A stretch of 64,000 bases of DNA, taken from positions 2,176,001 through 2,240,000 of the forward strand of contig CBDCKW010000009.1 in the NCBI GenBank assembly GCA_965218435.1, in the 5' to 3' direction. The notes below the pieces were generated by a model that was given only the letters and a program-made list of their open reading frames with translations, was not told the origin of the DNA and did not search any database. Both the position numbers and the translations under genes were made by a program. Below, piece after piece: positions 28,761-39,060 of the stretch (the first letter of the stretch is position 1; the number at the start of each line of letters is the position of its first letter). Source of the DNA: Truepera sp. (lineage in GTDB: Bacteria > Deinococcota > Deinococci > Deinococcales > Trueperaceae).

Positions 28761-29131
28761 TACCCAGCAATGTAACAGACCGACCCGGCAGGTAGCAAAG
28801 ATAAAACTGTGGAGGCCAAGCGCAGCCGATTCAACCCACCGTCCTAATAGAGCAAGACACTGGTAAACAAAAAGAGACAGGGCGAATCCGAACACCTGTC
28901 TCAACCATAGCTTGTCAACCGTCCGAATTTCTTACCGTGGCTTCTCAGCGTTGACCAGCTGCCCCCGGAGCGCCTTGGCCTATGCAGCTTACCTCAAAAT
29001 CCAGTTGCAATGAACCAACCGGGAAACACGGTAATTTTTACGTTCCTCTGCGTCTTTTGGGCGTCAACCGGTTACGCTTTGCAACAGTTTAGCTGACGCA
29101 AACTGCGAAAACCGACCGGTAAGCTCGGGCG

Positions 29132-29620
29132 CTACTTCGCCAACTGCTGCGCCATTTTCAGGTGACCTTGGATTACCGGCAGGTATTTTTTCGCAAACGC
29201 TTTGAGCTCGCTGTTCTGAGCTGTTTTGGTCGCAATCTCAAACGCGCCGACCGCAGCTTCGTGCGACACCACCTGCTGCTTGCTATACGCACTGTCGAAA
29301 GCTTGGCCGTTTAACGTCTTTAAGTAGCCGAGCTCGAGCCTTGCCGCCGCGTTCGTTTCCGTCGGCGGCGTAATTCCCATCGCTTTAGCGATAGGTTTGA
29401 GGTGCACCGTCGTTTCGCTGTGGTCGTGAATCATCTTTTGGGCGAACGCCTTGACTGCTTGGCTGTTCGTATGGTCCAGCGCAATTTTAGCCGCAGTGAT
29501 CTCATAGATGTCACTCTGCGCCGCTGCCGCAGCGAAAAGTGGGTCGGTCTGCTGGGCAAAAGCGGCCAAGCCAAACGCCGCCACTACCAAAAATGCTGCC
29601 AGTTTCTTTACACGCGCCAT
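29132..29620 (-). CDS. Secreted DUF4142 (ferritin-like) protein
   Basis: Signal peptide, then EI.AAKIA, VKAFAQKMIHDH, FDSAY..QQV.SH and LPVIQGHL.MAQQL. Confidence 0.88.
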   Translation of the reverse strand: MARVKKLAAFLVVAAFGLAAFAQQTDPLFAAAAAQSDIYEITAAKIALDHTNSQAVKAFAQKMIHDHSETTVHLKPIAKAMGITPPTETNAAARLELGYLKTLNGQAFDSAYSKQQVVSHEAAVGAFEIATKTAQNSELKAFAKKYLPVIQGHLKMAQQLAK

Positions 29621-30320
29621 AACTGCCTCCCCTTATTACTTGCTCTGATTTTGTAGTAAGCGTCTAAGCCCCTCGCGGATAGCTTGCAGGCGTTTACCCA
29701 AGACCCTCACTACGCTAAACCTGATGAGACGAGCTGTAGTTAGCGTTGGCTACAGTGGGCAGTGACTTACATTTTGACTTGACGTTGGGCTTAGAACGCT
29801 CTTTTGAGCAGATCACAGATCCATTCAGCCGTTGCTCAAAGAGAGGGTCTACAGCCCCCTACATTTCTAAAAAGTGCCTTAGTACACGACAAAAAACAAT
29901 TTTGCGAATCTGGAACGGGCTATTGAGCCCTCTGAAAAGTAGCGTTTATGTCCCCCTAGATTGCTGTCTAGGACAATGTTTAAAGGGGTTTACCCGGTCG
30001 CAGGCAAAAATCTCCTTTTCGGGCTTACACAACAATCACGTTCTGGACAAGGTTGCTAAAGAATTGTCGTGTACTCAGAAAAAGTGCTTGACTTTTTGCG
30101 TTGGCTGCCGGTTTTAGCTGTGTGAAAACCGCCGGTTTCTTTACCGAACCGGCATCTTCTGACTTCTATATTCTGAATGCTTACTTCTTTTAGATGTCCC
30201 GCTGAAACACCGCTAGCTGCTTTCAAAAAACCGAGCGAAATTGTACATCACACCCAAAACAAGCCTCTGCGCTGAGGACTATTTTACTTAACGAAGCACA
30301 ATGTTACCTAAGGGGGGAAC

Positions 30321-31241
30321 ATGTTTTATCACGACGGCAAGTTGCAGTATAAAGTTGAGGTCACAACCCCGAATCCGGTTTTTGCCAAGCTGTTGCAGCA
30401 GGCTATCGGCGGCATTGAAGGCGAGATGCGGGTGGCGCTACAGTATCTGTTTCAGTCTTGGAACTCGCGTGGGCCGAAAAAGTACCGCGATATGCTCCTA
30501 GAAACGGGCACTGAAGAACTCGCGCATATCGAGATGCTGGCGACGGCGGTGGCCTTAAACCTCGAGGGGGCCGACGCCGCGCTCCAAGAGCAAGCGGCCA
30601 ACGACAACCCGGCAGTAGCCGCGGTCCTCGGCGGGATGAATCCGCGTCACTACCTTTCGTCGGGGTTGGGGGCGATGGCCGCCGACAGTAACGGCGTCCC
30701 GTTTACCGGCGCTTTTCTCGTCGGCAGTGGCAACCTCGCCGCTGACATGTACGCCAATGTGATGGCCGAAGCAACCGGACGCGCACTGGCCGCACGGCTT
30801 TACAACTTTACCGACGATCCCGGTATGAAAGATATGCTTTCATTCTTGCTGGCGCGTGACACCATGCACCAACAACAGTGGCTGGCGGTGATTGAAGAGC
30901 TCGGTGGCTACGAAGGCGTCTTGCCGATTCCCAACTCGTTCCCGCAAGACGAGGAGCTGAGCGATTACAACTACGTCTTTTTATCAACCGCCAAAGACGG
31001 CCAGCCGCTGACCCACGGACGCTGGACGGAAGGTCCATCCCTTGACGGTAAAAGCGAATACAGCCAACGGGTCGCCGAGCCCGTCGGCGGTGAGCCGCAA
31101 CTCGCCCCGGCCATACCTGAGGCTTACGCCCAAACCGAACAGATGGATGGACAGTCCAGAACCGCTACTATGGGCGCTGCAACCGGTTCAGGTAGTAACT
31201 CAGAAGGCAGGGTTGTACTCGACACAAGTCAAGATCACTGA
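30321..31241 (+). CDS. Manganese catalase family protein
   Basis: GEMRVALQY, GTEELAHIEM, NVMAE and RDTMHQ Mn-ligand motifs. Confidence 0.94.
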   Translation: MFYHDGKLQYKVEVTTPNPVFAKLLQQAIGGIEGEMRVALQYLFQSWNSRGPKKYRDMLLETGTEELAHIEMLATAVALNLEGADAALQEQAANDNPAVAAVLGGMNPRHYLSSGLGAMAADSNGVPFTGAFLVGSGNLAADMYANVMAEATGRALAARLYNFTDDPGMKDMLSFLLARDTMHQQQWLAVIEELGGYEGVLPIPNSFPQDEELSDYNYVFLSTAKDGQPLTHGRWTEGPSLDGKSEYSQRVAEPVGGEPQLAPAIPEAYAQTEQMDGQSRTATMGAATGSGSNSEGRVVLDTSQDH

Positions 31242-31296
31242 CGCCTCTGACGCCCAAAAACCAAACCTACCGCAGCTCGAGCCTAAGGAGACAACA

Positions 31297-31467
31297 GTGA
31301 CAAACGATAACGGTGACCGCAGTGAAGATCGCTCGGATATTCCTCAACCCAACAAAGACCCCGCTACCGGGGCGACCGGCAGCACCGACGAGCGCAGTTC
31401 GGAAAACCGGCGCGAAGGGCTCGAGAAAGAACCTAACAACACGCTTGAAGAACCGGACGAGCACTAA
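31297..31467 (+). CDS. Small hydrophilic, disordered protein
   Basis: SD AAGGAG plus GTG. The 56 aa are almost all charged or polar, and a strong terminator follows. Confidence 0.6.
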   Translation: MTNDNGDRSEDRSDIPQPNKDPATGATGSTDERSSENRREGLEKEPNNTLEEPDEH

Positions 31468-31477
31468 GTAGGTACCT

Positions 31478-31514
31478 AAAGCTAGCTGAGCTATCAAGTC
31501 AGCTAGCTTTTTCT
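31478..31514 (+). terminator. Intrinsic terminator
   Basis: 12-bp stem AAAGCTAGCTGA / TCAGCTAGCTTT plus a T run. Confidence 0.85.
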
Positions 31515-31749
31515 GGTTATGAAGACGACATCAGGCTGTCTAAAGCGATCTTTATACAGCCCGGACCCCGGACACATTTATTGATACTAAGTAAGTCCGT
31601 CCCTGAGGTGACTCGAGCTTTTGCATAACTCATTTAATAGACCCATGATGATTAACCCTGTAAACAAGGCGTTGTCAGCGCGTAGCTTCTCAGCTTTTAG
31701 CACTTTGGAATGAATATATAGACTTTTGTCCGGGTTTGAGCGCATACTC

Positions 31750-31778
31750 TTGACGAATCGCGTATACGGGTGTATACT
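31750..31778 (+). promoter_or_regulatory. Near-consensus sigma70/SigA promoter with no downstream CDS
   Basis: TTGACG-N17-TATACT. Confidence 0.65.
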
Positions 31779-31935
31779 TCTACTTATCAGCGCCTGAGAA
31801 GGCGCATTTTTTATGGCTTTTTTCAGCTAAAATCCAAATATCTTTGAGATGTTTCTTTAGGACAAAGGTGCAACCGTCAACCTCGCAAGCTGACCGAGCG
31901 CAGCGAAAGAGAGTTTGACAACTGCTAAGCTGAGA

Positions 31936-31971
31936 GCAAAATGCCCCCGGTGAAAACCAAGGGCGTTTTGC
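31936..31971 (-). terminator. Hairpin terminator downstream of tRNA-Ser (possibly bidirectional)
   Basis: GCAAAATGCCC / GGGCGTTTTGC stem. Confidence 0.65.
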
Positions 31972-31976
31972 AATTG

Positions 31977-32067
<91 letters not shown>

Positions 32068-32092
32068 AAAATGCGGCAAAGGAGAGTATACC

Positions 32093-33775
32093 CTAAAAGG
32101 TAAGCTTTGTCACGCGGTTCTCTTCGCGCCGCGCCGCAAAAAAGTCTCGCAGCAGCCGCTCGGCGTCGCGGGCCAAAACGCCGGAACGGACCTGGGGCTC
32201 CCGTTTCCAGGGGTGCATTAAGAGGTCGGCAACCCCGCCTAACGCGCCGTCACGGTGATTGGCTGCGCCGTAAACAATTCGGAGCAGATGGGCGTTTAGG
32301 GCTGCGCCCAGACACATCGGGCAGGGCTCGAGCGTAACGTAAAGCGTACACTCCGCTAAGCGCCAGTCGCCCAGCGCGCCGGCTGCTCCCCGCAACGCTT
32401 TAAGCTCGGCGTGGGCGGTCGGATCGGCGTCTGAGCGGGTGGTGTTGGCGGCGGCAGCGAGACAGTGCTCACCCCTCACGACCACTGCGCCGACGGGCAC
32501 TTCACCCGCTAGAGCGGCCTGCTCAGCCTGGGCCAGCGCCTGCCGCATCCACGAGAGGTCGGGGTCAGTTGCCTGAGCTACCCGCACGTCGGTGGCGACG
32601 CCCCCCAACCACAGCACCTCGGACGGCCCTACCGGATCGGTCGCCAGCACGGTGAGTGAATCCCGCTGTTCACGCGGAACTTTACGGTCAACGAGCAGCT
32701 CGGCGACCTTTTTACTTCCACCCGGCAAGCGGATACGGTCACCGGATACACGCGTTCTAAAATGAAGGTTTGGAAACGCCGCCAGCTTGCCTAAGTCGAG
32801 TTCGGGGCGGAGGTCGGCCAAGTTTGAGTGAGTTAAGTCGGGTAAACCTACAGGTGCGGCAGCCTTTACCAGCTCGAGCCGCCCGTAAGCAACTCGAGCC
32901 TCTTGACCTTTGGGAAGTGAAATCCGCGTCGGCTTGGTAGCGTCTAAGCTGCGGCGAAGCGTTTCAATATGGTCCAGGTCGGGGGGCAATTCGGCAGCTT
33001 GCAAAAATGCAGCGAGCGCCGCCCGTTGCACCGCCGGGGGTTGACGACTCAGCTGCGCGGTCCCTAACCCCTCGTCACGAAAAAACCGCTCAGCCTGAGT
33101 TTGCAGTGCCGCGGCCTGGTCACGCTGCAACGTGGCAAACTGAGCTAATTTCGACTTAGCAGCGGGATAACGCGCAGTCAAGACAGGCAGCACCTCATGA
33201 CGAAGCCACGCCCGTGTACGCGCTGGGTCGGTATTGGTTTCGTCCTCCAAAAATGGTTGCTGCAGCGTTTCCAGGTACGTTCTGAGTTGCTGGCGAGAGA
33301 CCCCTAGTAGAGGCCGCACTACCCGGCCACGCCGCGCCGGGACGCCGCCCGCGTAGGCCGCGCCACGTAAGAGTTGCAGCAGGACCGTTTCGGCCTGGTC
33401 GTCTCGGGTGTGTGCGGTCAGCACAACGTCTACGCCGCTGCGTTTGGCGGTGCGGGTTAAAAAACTGTAGCGGAGACGGCGAGCCGCATCTTCTATATTC
33501 CAGCCTTTTTGCGCCGCAATCCGGGCCACGTCTATCCGAACCCCGTGGTAGGGCAGCGCCAGCTTTTCAGCCAGTGCTTGTACAAACCGCGCGTCGTCCG
33601 CCGAGGTTGGTCTCAGCGCGTGGTCTACGTGTGCGACCTCGAGCTGGTACGGCCCCCCCACCAAAAGCCGCAACAACGCTACCGAGTCTCCCCCGCCCGA
33701 GACCGCGACCAGCAGCGTCTTAGCTCGTGGCGCGAGCTGCCCCAAGGTAGCGAAAACAGCCGCAGGCAGGTCCAT
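32093..33775 (-). CDS. tilS: tRNA(Ile)-lysidine synthetase TilS fused to a TadA-like deaminase
   Basis: PP-loop SGGGDS, AARRLRY, AHTRDDQAET and RPLL. The C-terminus has GEVPVGAV, AHAE and TLEPCPMC. Confidence 0.95.
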   Translation of the reverse strand: MDLPAAVFATLGQLAPRAKTLLVAVSGGGDSVALLRLLVGGPYQLEVAHVDHALRPTSADDARFVQALAEKLALPYHGVRIDVARIAAQKGWNIEDAARRLRYSFLTRTAKRSGVDVVLTAHTRDDQAETVLLQLLRGAAYAGGVPARRGRVVRPLLGVSRQQLRTYLETLQQPFLEDETNTDPARTRAWLRHEVLPVLTARYPAAKSKLAQFATLQRDQAAALQTQAERFFRDEGLGTAQLSRQPPAVQRAALAAFLQAAELPPDLDHIETLRRSLDATKPTRISLPKGQEARVAYGRLELVKAAAPVGLPDLTHSNLADLRPELDLGKLAAFPNLHFRTRVSGDRIRLPGGSKKVAELLVDRKVPREQRDSLTVLATDPVGPSEVLWLGGVATDVRVAQATDPDLSWMRQALAQAEQAALAGEVPVGAVVVRGEHCLAAAANTTRSDADPTAHAELKALRGAAGALGDWRLAECTLYVTLEPCPMCLGAALNAHLLRIVYGAANHRDGALGGVADLLMHPWKREPQVRSGVLARDAERLLRDFFAARREENRVTKLTF

Positions 33776-33817
33776 ACCTTCATTATGCCCCACGCCGCCT
33801 AAAGCTATACTTTAGCC

Positions 33818-34987
33818 ATGACTGTCACCCTGATTGTGCTCGATTCCGTGGGCGTCGGCGCATTGCCCGACGCTGCCGACTTCGGTGATACCGGCGCACA
33901 TACGCTGGACCACACCTTACAAAAAACCAAGCGGGCGCTGCCGAACTTTACCGCCCTTGGACTTGGCAACATCGAAGGCGTGGGTTCGCTGCCCAAACCC
34001 GAAACGCCGCTGGCCTCGTATGGGCGGCTGGCGGAAGTGTCCCCCGGTAAAGACACCACGACGGGCCACTGGGAGTTTATGGGCGTCACGCTCGAGCACG
34101 CGTTCAAGACGTTCGCCGAGTTTCCAGATGAGGTGATGCACGCCTTTGACGCGCTGACCGGACGCGGGCACCTCGGCAACGTTCCAGCGTCGGGGACAGC
34201 TATTTTAGACGAGCTGGGCGAAACGCACCTGCAAACAGGCGAGCCCATCGTCTATACGAGCGCGGACAGTGTGTTTCAGATTGCCGCGCATGTGGATAAG
34301 GTACCGCTCGAGACCCTTTACGAATGGTGCGAAGGGGCGCGGAAGCTGCTCCAGGGAGAGAACGCCGTCGCCCGCGTGATCGCTCGGCCCTTCGCCGGGA
34401 CGCCCGGAAACTTCAGGCGTTTGGGCGAAGCAAGGCGCGACTATTCGCTGACGCCGCCCCACGAAACGGTGCTGGATGTGCTCAAAGCGGCAGGCAAAGC
34501 GGTCGTCGGTATCGGCAAAATTCCGGACATCTATAACCATCAGGGCTTTACCGAAGAGGTTCACACCGACTCGAACGAAGACGGCGTAGCTAAAACGCTC
34601 GCGGCGATATACGAACGCCCGGACGGGCTGATTTTTTGCAATCTGGTCGAGTTCGATTCGCTTTACGGTCATCGCCGCGACCCGGAAGGGTACGCAAATG
34701 CGCTGGCAGAAACCGACGTTCGGTTGCCCGAGCTTTTAGAGGCGACCCAACCCGGTGACTGGCTGCTGTTCGTGTCCGACCACGGCAACGACCCGACCTT
34801 TCGGGGTACCGACCACACCCGCGAATACGGACTTTTGCTCGCGTACAGTCCCGGCATTGCTGCAAAAGATTTAGGCACGCGTAGAAGCTTTGCCGATGTG
34901 GGCGCGACCGTCGCCGAGCTTTTAGGCGTTATGTGGGAGGGGAAGGGCTCGAGCTTTGCCCCGCAGCTTTTAGCACTGGAGCGGTAG
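33818..34987 (+). CDS. deoB: Phosphopentomutase
   Basis: [47 protein letters not shown] and DHTRE. Confidence 0.97.
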   Translation: MTVTLIVLDSVGVGALPDAADFGDTGAHTLDHTLQKTKRALPNFTALGLGNIEGVGSLPKPETPLASYGRLAEVSPGKDTTTGHWEFMGVTLEHAFKTFAEFPDEVMHAFDALTGRGHLGNVPASGTAILDELGETHLQTGEPIVYTSADSVFQIAAHVDKVPLETLYEWCEGARKLLQGENAVARVIARPFAGTPGNFRRLGEARRDYSLTPPHETVLDVLKAAGKAVVGIGKIPDIYNHQGFTEEVHTDSNEDGVAKTLAAIYERPDGLIFCNLVEFDSLYGHRRDPEGYANALAETDVRLPELLEATQPGDWLLFVSDHGNDPTFRGTDHTREYGLLLAYSPGIAAKDLGTRRSFADVGATVAELLGVMWEGKGSSFAPQLLALER

Positions 34988-35045
34988 ATAAAACGCTACT
35001 CTCTGAAACAACCTTAAAAGGCTGCTACTGGACTACAGCGATTAT

Positions 35046-35097
35046 CGTCAAGTTGCCAAGTTTGACAGATCGTCGTATTATTAACGACAGATTGTCG
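35046..35097 (+). promoter_or_regulatory. Promoter and operators of the Xre-RES operon
   Basis: TTGCCA-N17-TATTAT. It overlaps the palindrome CGACA-N3-TGTCG (35085-35097) and degenerate copies at 35063 and 35046. Confidence 0.65.
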
Positions 35098-35105
35098 AGG
35101 TAGCT

Positions 35106-35453
35106 ATGTCGGTTGCAGCAGCTCATACCTACGAACTCATCCCTACGCTAAGCCGTGACCTCAAGTTGAGCGTCAAGCAAATTGGAGAACTGTTAGGTAT
35201 TCACCCCCGTACTCTGCAGCGCCGCCAAGAATGCGGGTCCCTCGAGGAGGCCGAACTCCTCAAAGCGCAGATGCTGGCTGAAACCTTCGAGTTAGCAACG
35301 ACGGTGTTTCACGACGCTGACCGGGCGCGAGCTTGGCTTTTTTCTGAAATTGCCACCTTAGACTTTAGTCGCCCGGTAGACCTGCTCAAAACGATCCGCG
35401 GCTACGAGCGCGTCAAGCAGCTCTTGGGGCAGATTGCTTTTGGGGTGTACTAG
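35106..35453 (+). CDS. Xre/MbcA/ParS-type antitoxin
   Basis: HTH LLGIHPRTLQRR and C-terminal ARAWL...L...RPVDLL.T..GYERV..LLGQI..GVY. Confidence 0.92.
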   Translation: MSVAAAHTYELIPTLSRDLKLSVKQIGELLGIHPRTLQRRQECGSLEEAELLKAQMLAETFELATTVFHDADRARAWLFSEIATLDFSRPVDLLKTIRGYERVKQLLGQIAFGVY

Positions 35454-35477
35454 CTAGTGCGCCGGGTGGTGTATTAA

Positions 35478-35960
35478 GTGCGCGTCTGGCGTATCTATGA
35501 TCACCAAGCTGCTTACGCCCTGCTCCCTACGTTTAGTCCTTTAGACGGACAAGGGGCAGCCCTTTATCCAGGCCGGTGGAACCAGGTCGGTGTGAGAATG
35601 GTTTACACCTCCGGGTCACCCGAACTTGCCATGCTTGAAATCCTTACTAAGCTAAATCCCGCTGCTTTCGGGGTGCGTATGGCCGTAGAGATAGACGTAC
35701 CTGACGACGCCTTGGTGCAAGATGCCGCGCCCACGATGCTGGGGCAGCTTTTGCGGGGTGAGGACAGTGACACGAGGAGCTACGGGAGTCAGTGGGCTTC
35801 GCACGGGCAGAGCTTGATCTTAAAGGTACCTGCGGCGGTGTTGCCTGTCTCGAGCAATTACCTGCTTAATCCGCTACATCCGCAAGCTCAGCGGCTCAGG
35901 GTCATCCGGCAGATAGAGGTGAGTATGGACCCACAGCTTGCTGACAGTCTTAGAACCTAA
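35478..35960 (+). CDS. RES-domain toxin (NAD+-consuming family)
   Basis: VWRI, GRWN..G..MVYTS...LAMLE, VPAAV and NYLLNPLHP. Confidence 0.92.
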   Translation: MRVWRIYDHQAAYALLPTFSPLDGQGAALYPGRWNQVGVRMVYTSGSPELAMLEILTKLNPAAFGVRMAVEIDVPDDALVQDAAPTMLGQLLRGEDSDTRSYGSQWASHGQSLILKVPAAVLPVSSNYLLNPLHPQAQRLRVIRQIEVSMDPQLADSLRT

Positions 35961-36056
35961 GGCGAATAGCGTGCGAGCACCGAGTAGGAACAACGCCGCT
36001 ACTATCTACTACCACGACCGAATCTGACCGAACTCGGCAAAACACCCGGAAAAGTC

Positions 36057-36085
36057 AAAGCCCAGGCACGACAACCTAGGCTTTT
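36057..36085. terminator. Probable terminator between convergent genes
   Basis: AAAGCCCAGG / CCTAGGCTTTT. Confidence 0.55.
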
Positions 36086-36111
36086 ACAATTTGGTAGCTA
36101 GTTGAGAACGC

Positions 36112-37110
36112 TTAGCCGTCTCTCGCGTCCGGCATCGGCGCGGGTTTGTTATCCAACACCTCTTCGATGCGGTTCATTACGTCATCTGTTAATTTATCTA
36201 CGACGTTCAGGGCTTCCATATTTTGCGTCACTTGCTCGGCTTTACTCGCGCCGGTAATCACTGTTGACACGTCCGGGTTTTTCAGGCACCAGGCCAGCGC
36301 GAGCTGCGCCGTGCTACAGCCCAAATCGTCGGCGACACCGGCGAGTTTACGAACGGTCTCGAGCTGCTTTTGCCCCTCTTCACTTTCAAAACGCTCGCGG
36401 AGCCACTCATAACCGGGCGTGTTGATCCGGCTGTCCTCGGGAATCCCGTCATTGTATTTACCCGACAAGAGACCGCTCGAGAGGGGGCTCCAGGTCGTCA
36501 GGCCCAGTTTGAAATCGCGGTAGAGCGGCTGGTACTCGGTTTCGACGCGCTCACGCACCAGCATGTTGTACTGCGGCTGCTCCATCAGAGGCGGGACGAG
36601 ATGCTCGCGGCGGGCAACCTCATAGGCTTGCCGAATCTGCTCGGCGGACCATTCGCTGGTGCCCCAATAAAAGGCCAACCCCTGGTCCAAGAGAAAGTTC
36701 ATCGCCCGGACAGTCTCTTCAACCGGCGTATGCGGGTCGGGCCGGTGGCAAAACACGAGGTCCACGTAGTCCATCTGAAAACGTTCAATCGCCGCCTTGG
36801 TGCCCTCGATGATGTGCTTGCGCGACAAGCCGAGGTCGTTGGGGCCGTCGCCGCCCCAAAAAATCTTGGTTGAAACGACTAGATCGCTGCGTTTCCAGCC
36901 CTGCTTTTTAATCACGTTGCCCATCATCGTTTCAGCTTTACCGGCGCTGTACCCTTCGGCGTTGTCAAAAAAATTGACGCCGTGGTCATAGGCAGTTTTC
37001 ATCAGGTCGGTAGCGACGTCTTCGCCGATCTGGTCGCCGAACGTGACCCAAGCGCCGAACGAGAGCGCGGAGACTTTTAAGCCGGAATTGCCGAGATAAC
37101 GGTACTGCAT
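36112..37110 (-). CDS. Aldo/keto reductase, Kv-beta subunit-like
   Basis: [40 protein letters not shown] and WSPL, with SD AAGGAGG. Confidence 0.94.
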   Translation of the reverse strand: MQYRYLGNSGLKVSALSFGAWVTFGDQIGEDVATDLMKTAYDHGVNFFDNAEGYSAGKAETMMGNVIKKQGWKRSDLVVSTKIFWGGDGPNDLGLSRKHIIEGTKAAIERFQMDYVDLVFCHRPDPHTPVEETVRAMNFLLDQGLAFYWGTSEWSAEQIRQAYEVARREHLVPPLMEQPQYNMLVRERVETEYQPLYRDFKLGLTTWSPLSSGLLSGKYNDGIPEDSRINTPGYEWLRERFESEEGQKQLETVRKLAGVADDLGCSTAQLALAWCLKNPDVSTVITGASKAEQVTQNMEALNVVDKLTDDVMNRIEEVLDNKPAPMPDARDG

Positions 37111-37318
37111 GGTTCCTCCTTGAAGATGCGTTATAACAAGTAGACGCGTAACAAAAACGCCGTAAACGGATAACAATCTCATGAACTCTAACGCGTCCAG
37201 CTAAACTTGCTGAAGCGCACACTACACCCGAAACTGTAAAGCTGTGCTGCTCACCCTAACGGCACACCTTTACGGCACAAAATACGGCGTAAAAAACAGG
37301 CTTTACAGGGCTCGAGCC

Positions 37319-37714
37319 TTAGAACGCGCCAGCGCCCGCCTCAGCCACAGCTTGGTCTTGCTCACCCATACCGCCGCTAACACCCACCGCGCCGACGACG
37401 CGGCCGTCCTTTATAAGCGGAATACCCCCGGCAAAAATCATAATCCTGCCACCGTTCGAGGCATGAATCCCAAAAAATTGGTCGCCGGACTGACTGTTGG
37501 CCGCCAGGTCTTTGGTTGAGAGGTCAAAAGCCCTGGCAGTGTACGCTTTGTTGATCGCAATATCAATGCTGCCGAGCCAAGCGTTATCCATCCGCACATG
37601 CGCGACGAGGTTGCCCCCTTCATCGGCGACGGCGATATTCATCGGTTGACCGATTTCGTCAGCTTTTTTTTCGGCGGCGGCGATAACTCTGCGGGCGTCT
37701 GCGAGTGTAACCAT
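37319..37714 (-). CDS. GlcG/HbpS-family heme-binding protein
   Basis: NIAVADEGGNL..HVRMD, IAINKAYTA, GGIPL and GAVGVSGG..EQD. Confidence 0.92.
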   Translation of the reverse strand: MVTLADARRVIAAAEKKADEIGQPMNIAVADEGGNLVAHVRMDNAWLGSIDIAINKAYTARAFDLSTKDLAANSQSGDQFFGIHASNGGRIMIFAGGIPLIKDGRVVGAVGVSGGMGEQDQAVAEAGAGAF

Positions 37715-37947
37715 AATTCAGCTCCTTTAGCCGCAGCGTAACGCAGGGCCGATACGGAAACTGCGACGTACTGAGCAGACTCGAGCGTCTTGCTGACCTT
37801 TTCGGCTTGGGAAAAGTAAGAATTCAGAACACAGTATTCAGTAGTCGGTAACTTGTGAACGAAAATCGCGTTTCTTGGGCACACGAAACATAATGACAAA
37901 AGCTAGGTCAGCACGGCCCAGCCCTTTTTAGCGAAAACTAGCTGCGA

Positions 37948-39060
37948 TTAGGCCGGAAAGATAAGCCCGCGTTCACGCGCCCAGATGACCGCTTCGGCCC
38001 GCGATTTGACGCCGAGTTTGGCGTAGAGCGTCGCCACATAGTTACGCACTGTGTGACGCGAAAGGTGCAGCTCTTTAGCAATCTGCTCGTTGCCGAGGCC
38101 CCGGGCGAGCAGCTCGAGCACCCCCTGTTCGCGTCTGGTGAGTTGCTCGAGGCCCCCTTTTGTCTCGCTGCCCGCGCGTATCTCAGCGAGTTTTTCCATC
38201 ACCACGCGGGTAAACCACGACGGGTCGGCCATCGTCGCCTGAATCGCCTGCATCAGTTCGTTTTCAGAACGTTTGCGGTCGGTAATGTCCAAATAGGTGT
38301 CAATCAGGTGTGGGTCGTTGTCAAGCGAAATAATCCGACCTTCGCTTAAGATGTCGCGCTGTCCCCCCGTTTTTGTCTTTAAGCTCGCCTCGTGCTCGAC
38401 AACTTGGTCGCTCCGGCTCCGCCGCATCTGCCGCAGCGCCGCGTCGCGTTTGGCGTACTCCATAAAGAGCCCGAGGTCGGCGGCGGTTTTACCGATCACG
38501 TCGTCTCTGCTGTAGCCGGTCAGCCGTAAAAAGCTCTCGTTGACATCGTTGAAACGCAGGTCGGCGAGCCTGACGATACTGATCGCGGTGGGGTTGACCT
38601 CAAAGGTCGCCCGAAAACGCGCCTCGAGCTCGCGCTGCGCCGTCACGTCGCGTATACTCAGCACCCCGAGCGTCATCGAATCTTCGACTTGGGTGCCGCT
38701 GTACGCGCCCAACCACCGCCCCTCGTCCCTGTCGCTTCTAGGTGAGTGGCCGTTAGACCCGGCGCTCGTATAGGTCCACAGTTCGTACTCTGCAAAGGTC
38801 TCGCCGCGCAGCACCCGCGCGGCAGGGGTGGCGTCCGCTTCGACCTCACGGCCGTCCGGGTAGCGGTAGGTTGCCAGGTCTCGAGCCTTAAGGCTGCGCA
38901 TAGTTCGTCCTAAACCGTGGAGGCGACGCGCCGACGCGTTGACAGCGACGACGGTGCCGTCCAGGTCAAAGGTCACCAGACCTTCGACCAGACCCTCGAG
39001 GATTGCTCTTAGCTGATGCGGATCAGCTTCCCAAGCGGTAGTAGGGTGAGATTGAGTGAT
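37948..39060 (-). CDS. PAS-PAS-LuxR helix-turn-helix regulator (start uncertain; first canonical start at 38976)
   Basis: PAS motifs (VNESFLRLTGYSRDDVIGK) and a LuxR HTH LTRREQGVLELLARG..NEQIA..L.LS.HTVRNY. Confidence 0.88.
   Translation of the reverse strand: MTQSHPTTAWEADPHQLRAILEGLVEGLVTFDLDGTVVAVNASARRLHGLGRTMRSLKARDLATYRYPDGREVEADATPAARVLRGETFAEYELWTYTSAGSNGHSPRSDRDEGRWLGAYSGTQVEDSMTLGVLSIRDVTAQRELEARFRATFEVNPTAISIVRLADLRFNDVNESFLRLTGYSRDDVIGKTAADLGLFMEYAKRDAALRQMRRSRSDQVVEHEASLKTKTGGQRDILSEGRIISLDNDPHLIDTYLDITDRKRSENELMQAIQATMADPSWFTRVVMEKLAEIRAGSETKGGLEQLTRREQGVLELLARGLGNEQIAKELHLSRHTVRNYVATLYAKLGVKSRAEAVIWARERGLIFPA

Noticed and set aside
29712..29746. CTGATGAG as a hammerhead ribozyme core
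   Set aside because: No stem II followed by GAAA, and no suitably placed cleavage triplet.
29746..30117. 123-aa ORF in the DUF4142-catalase spacer
   Set aside because: TTG start without an SD, atypical Cys/Ser/Lys-rich composition, and it lies in a probable divergent promoter region.
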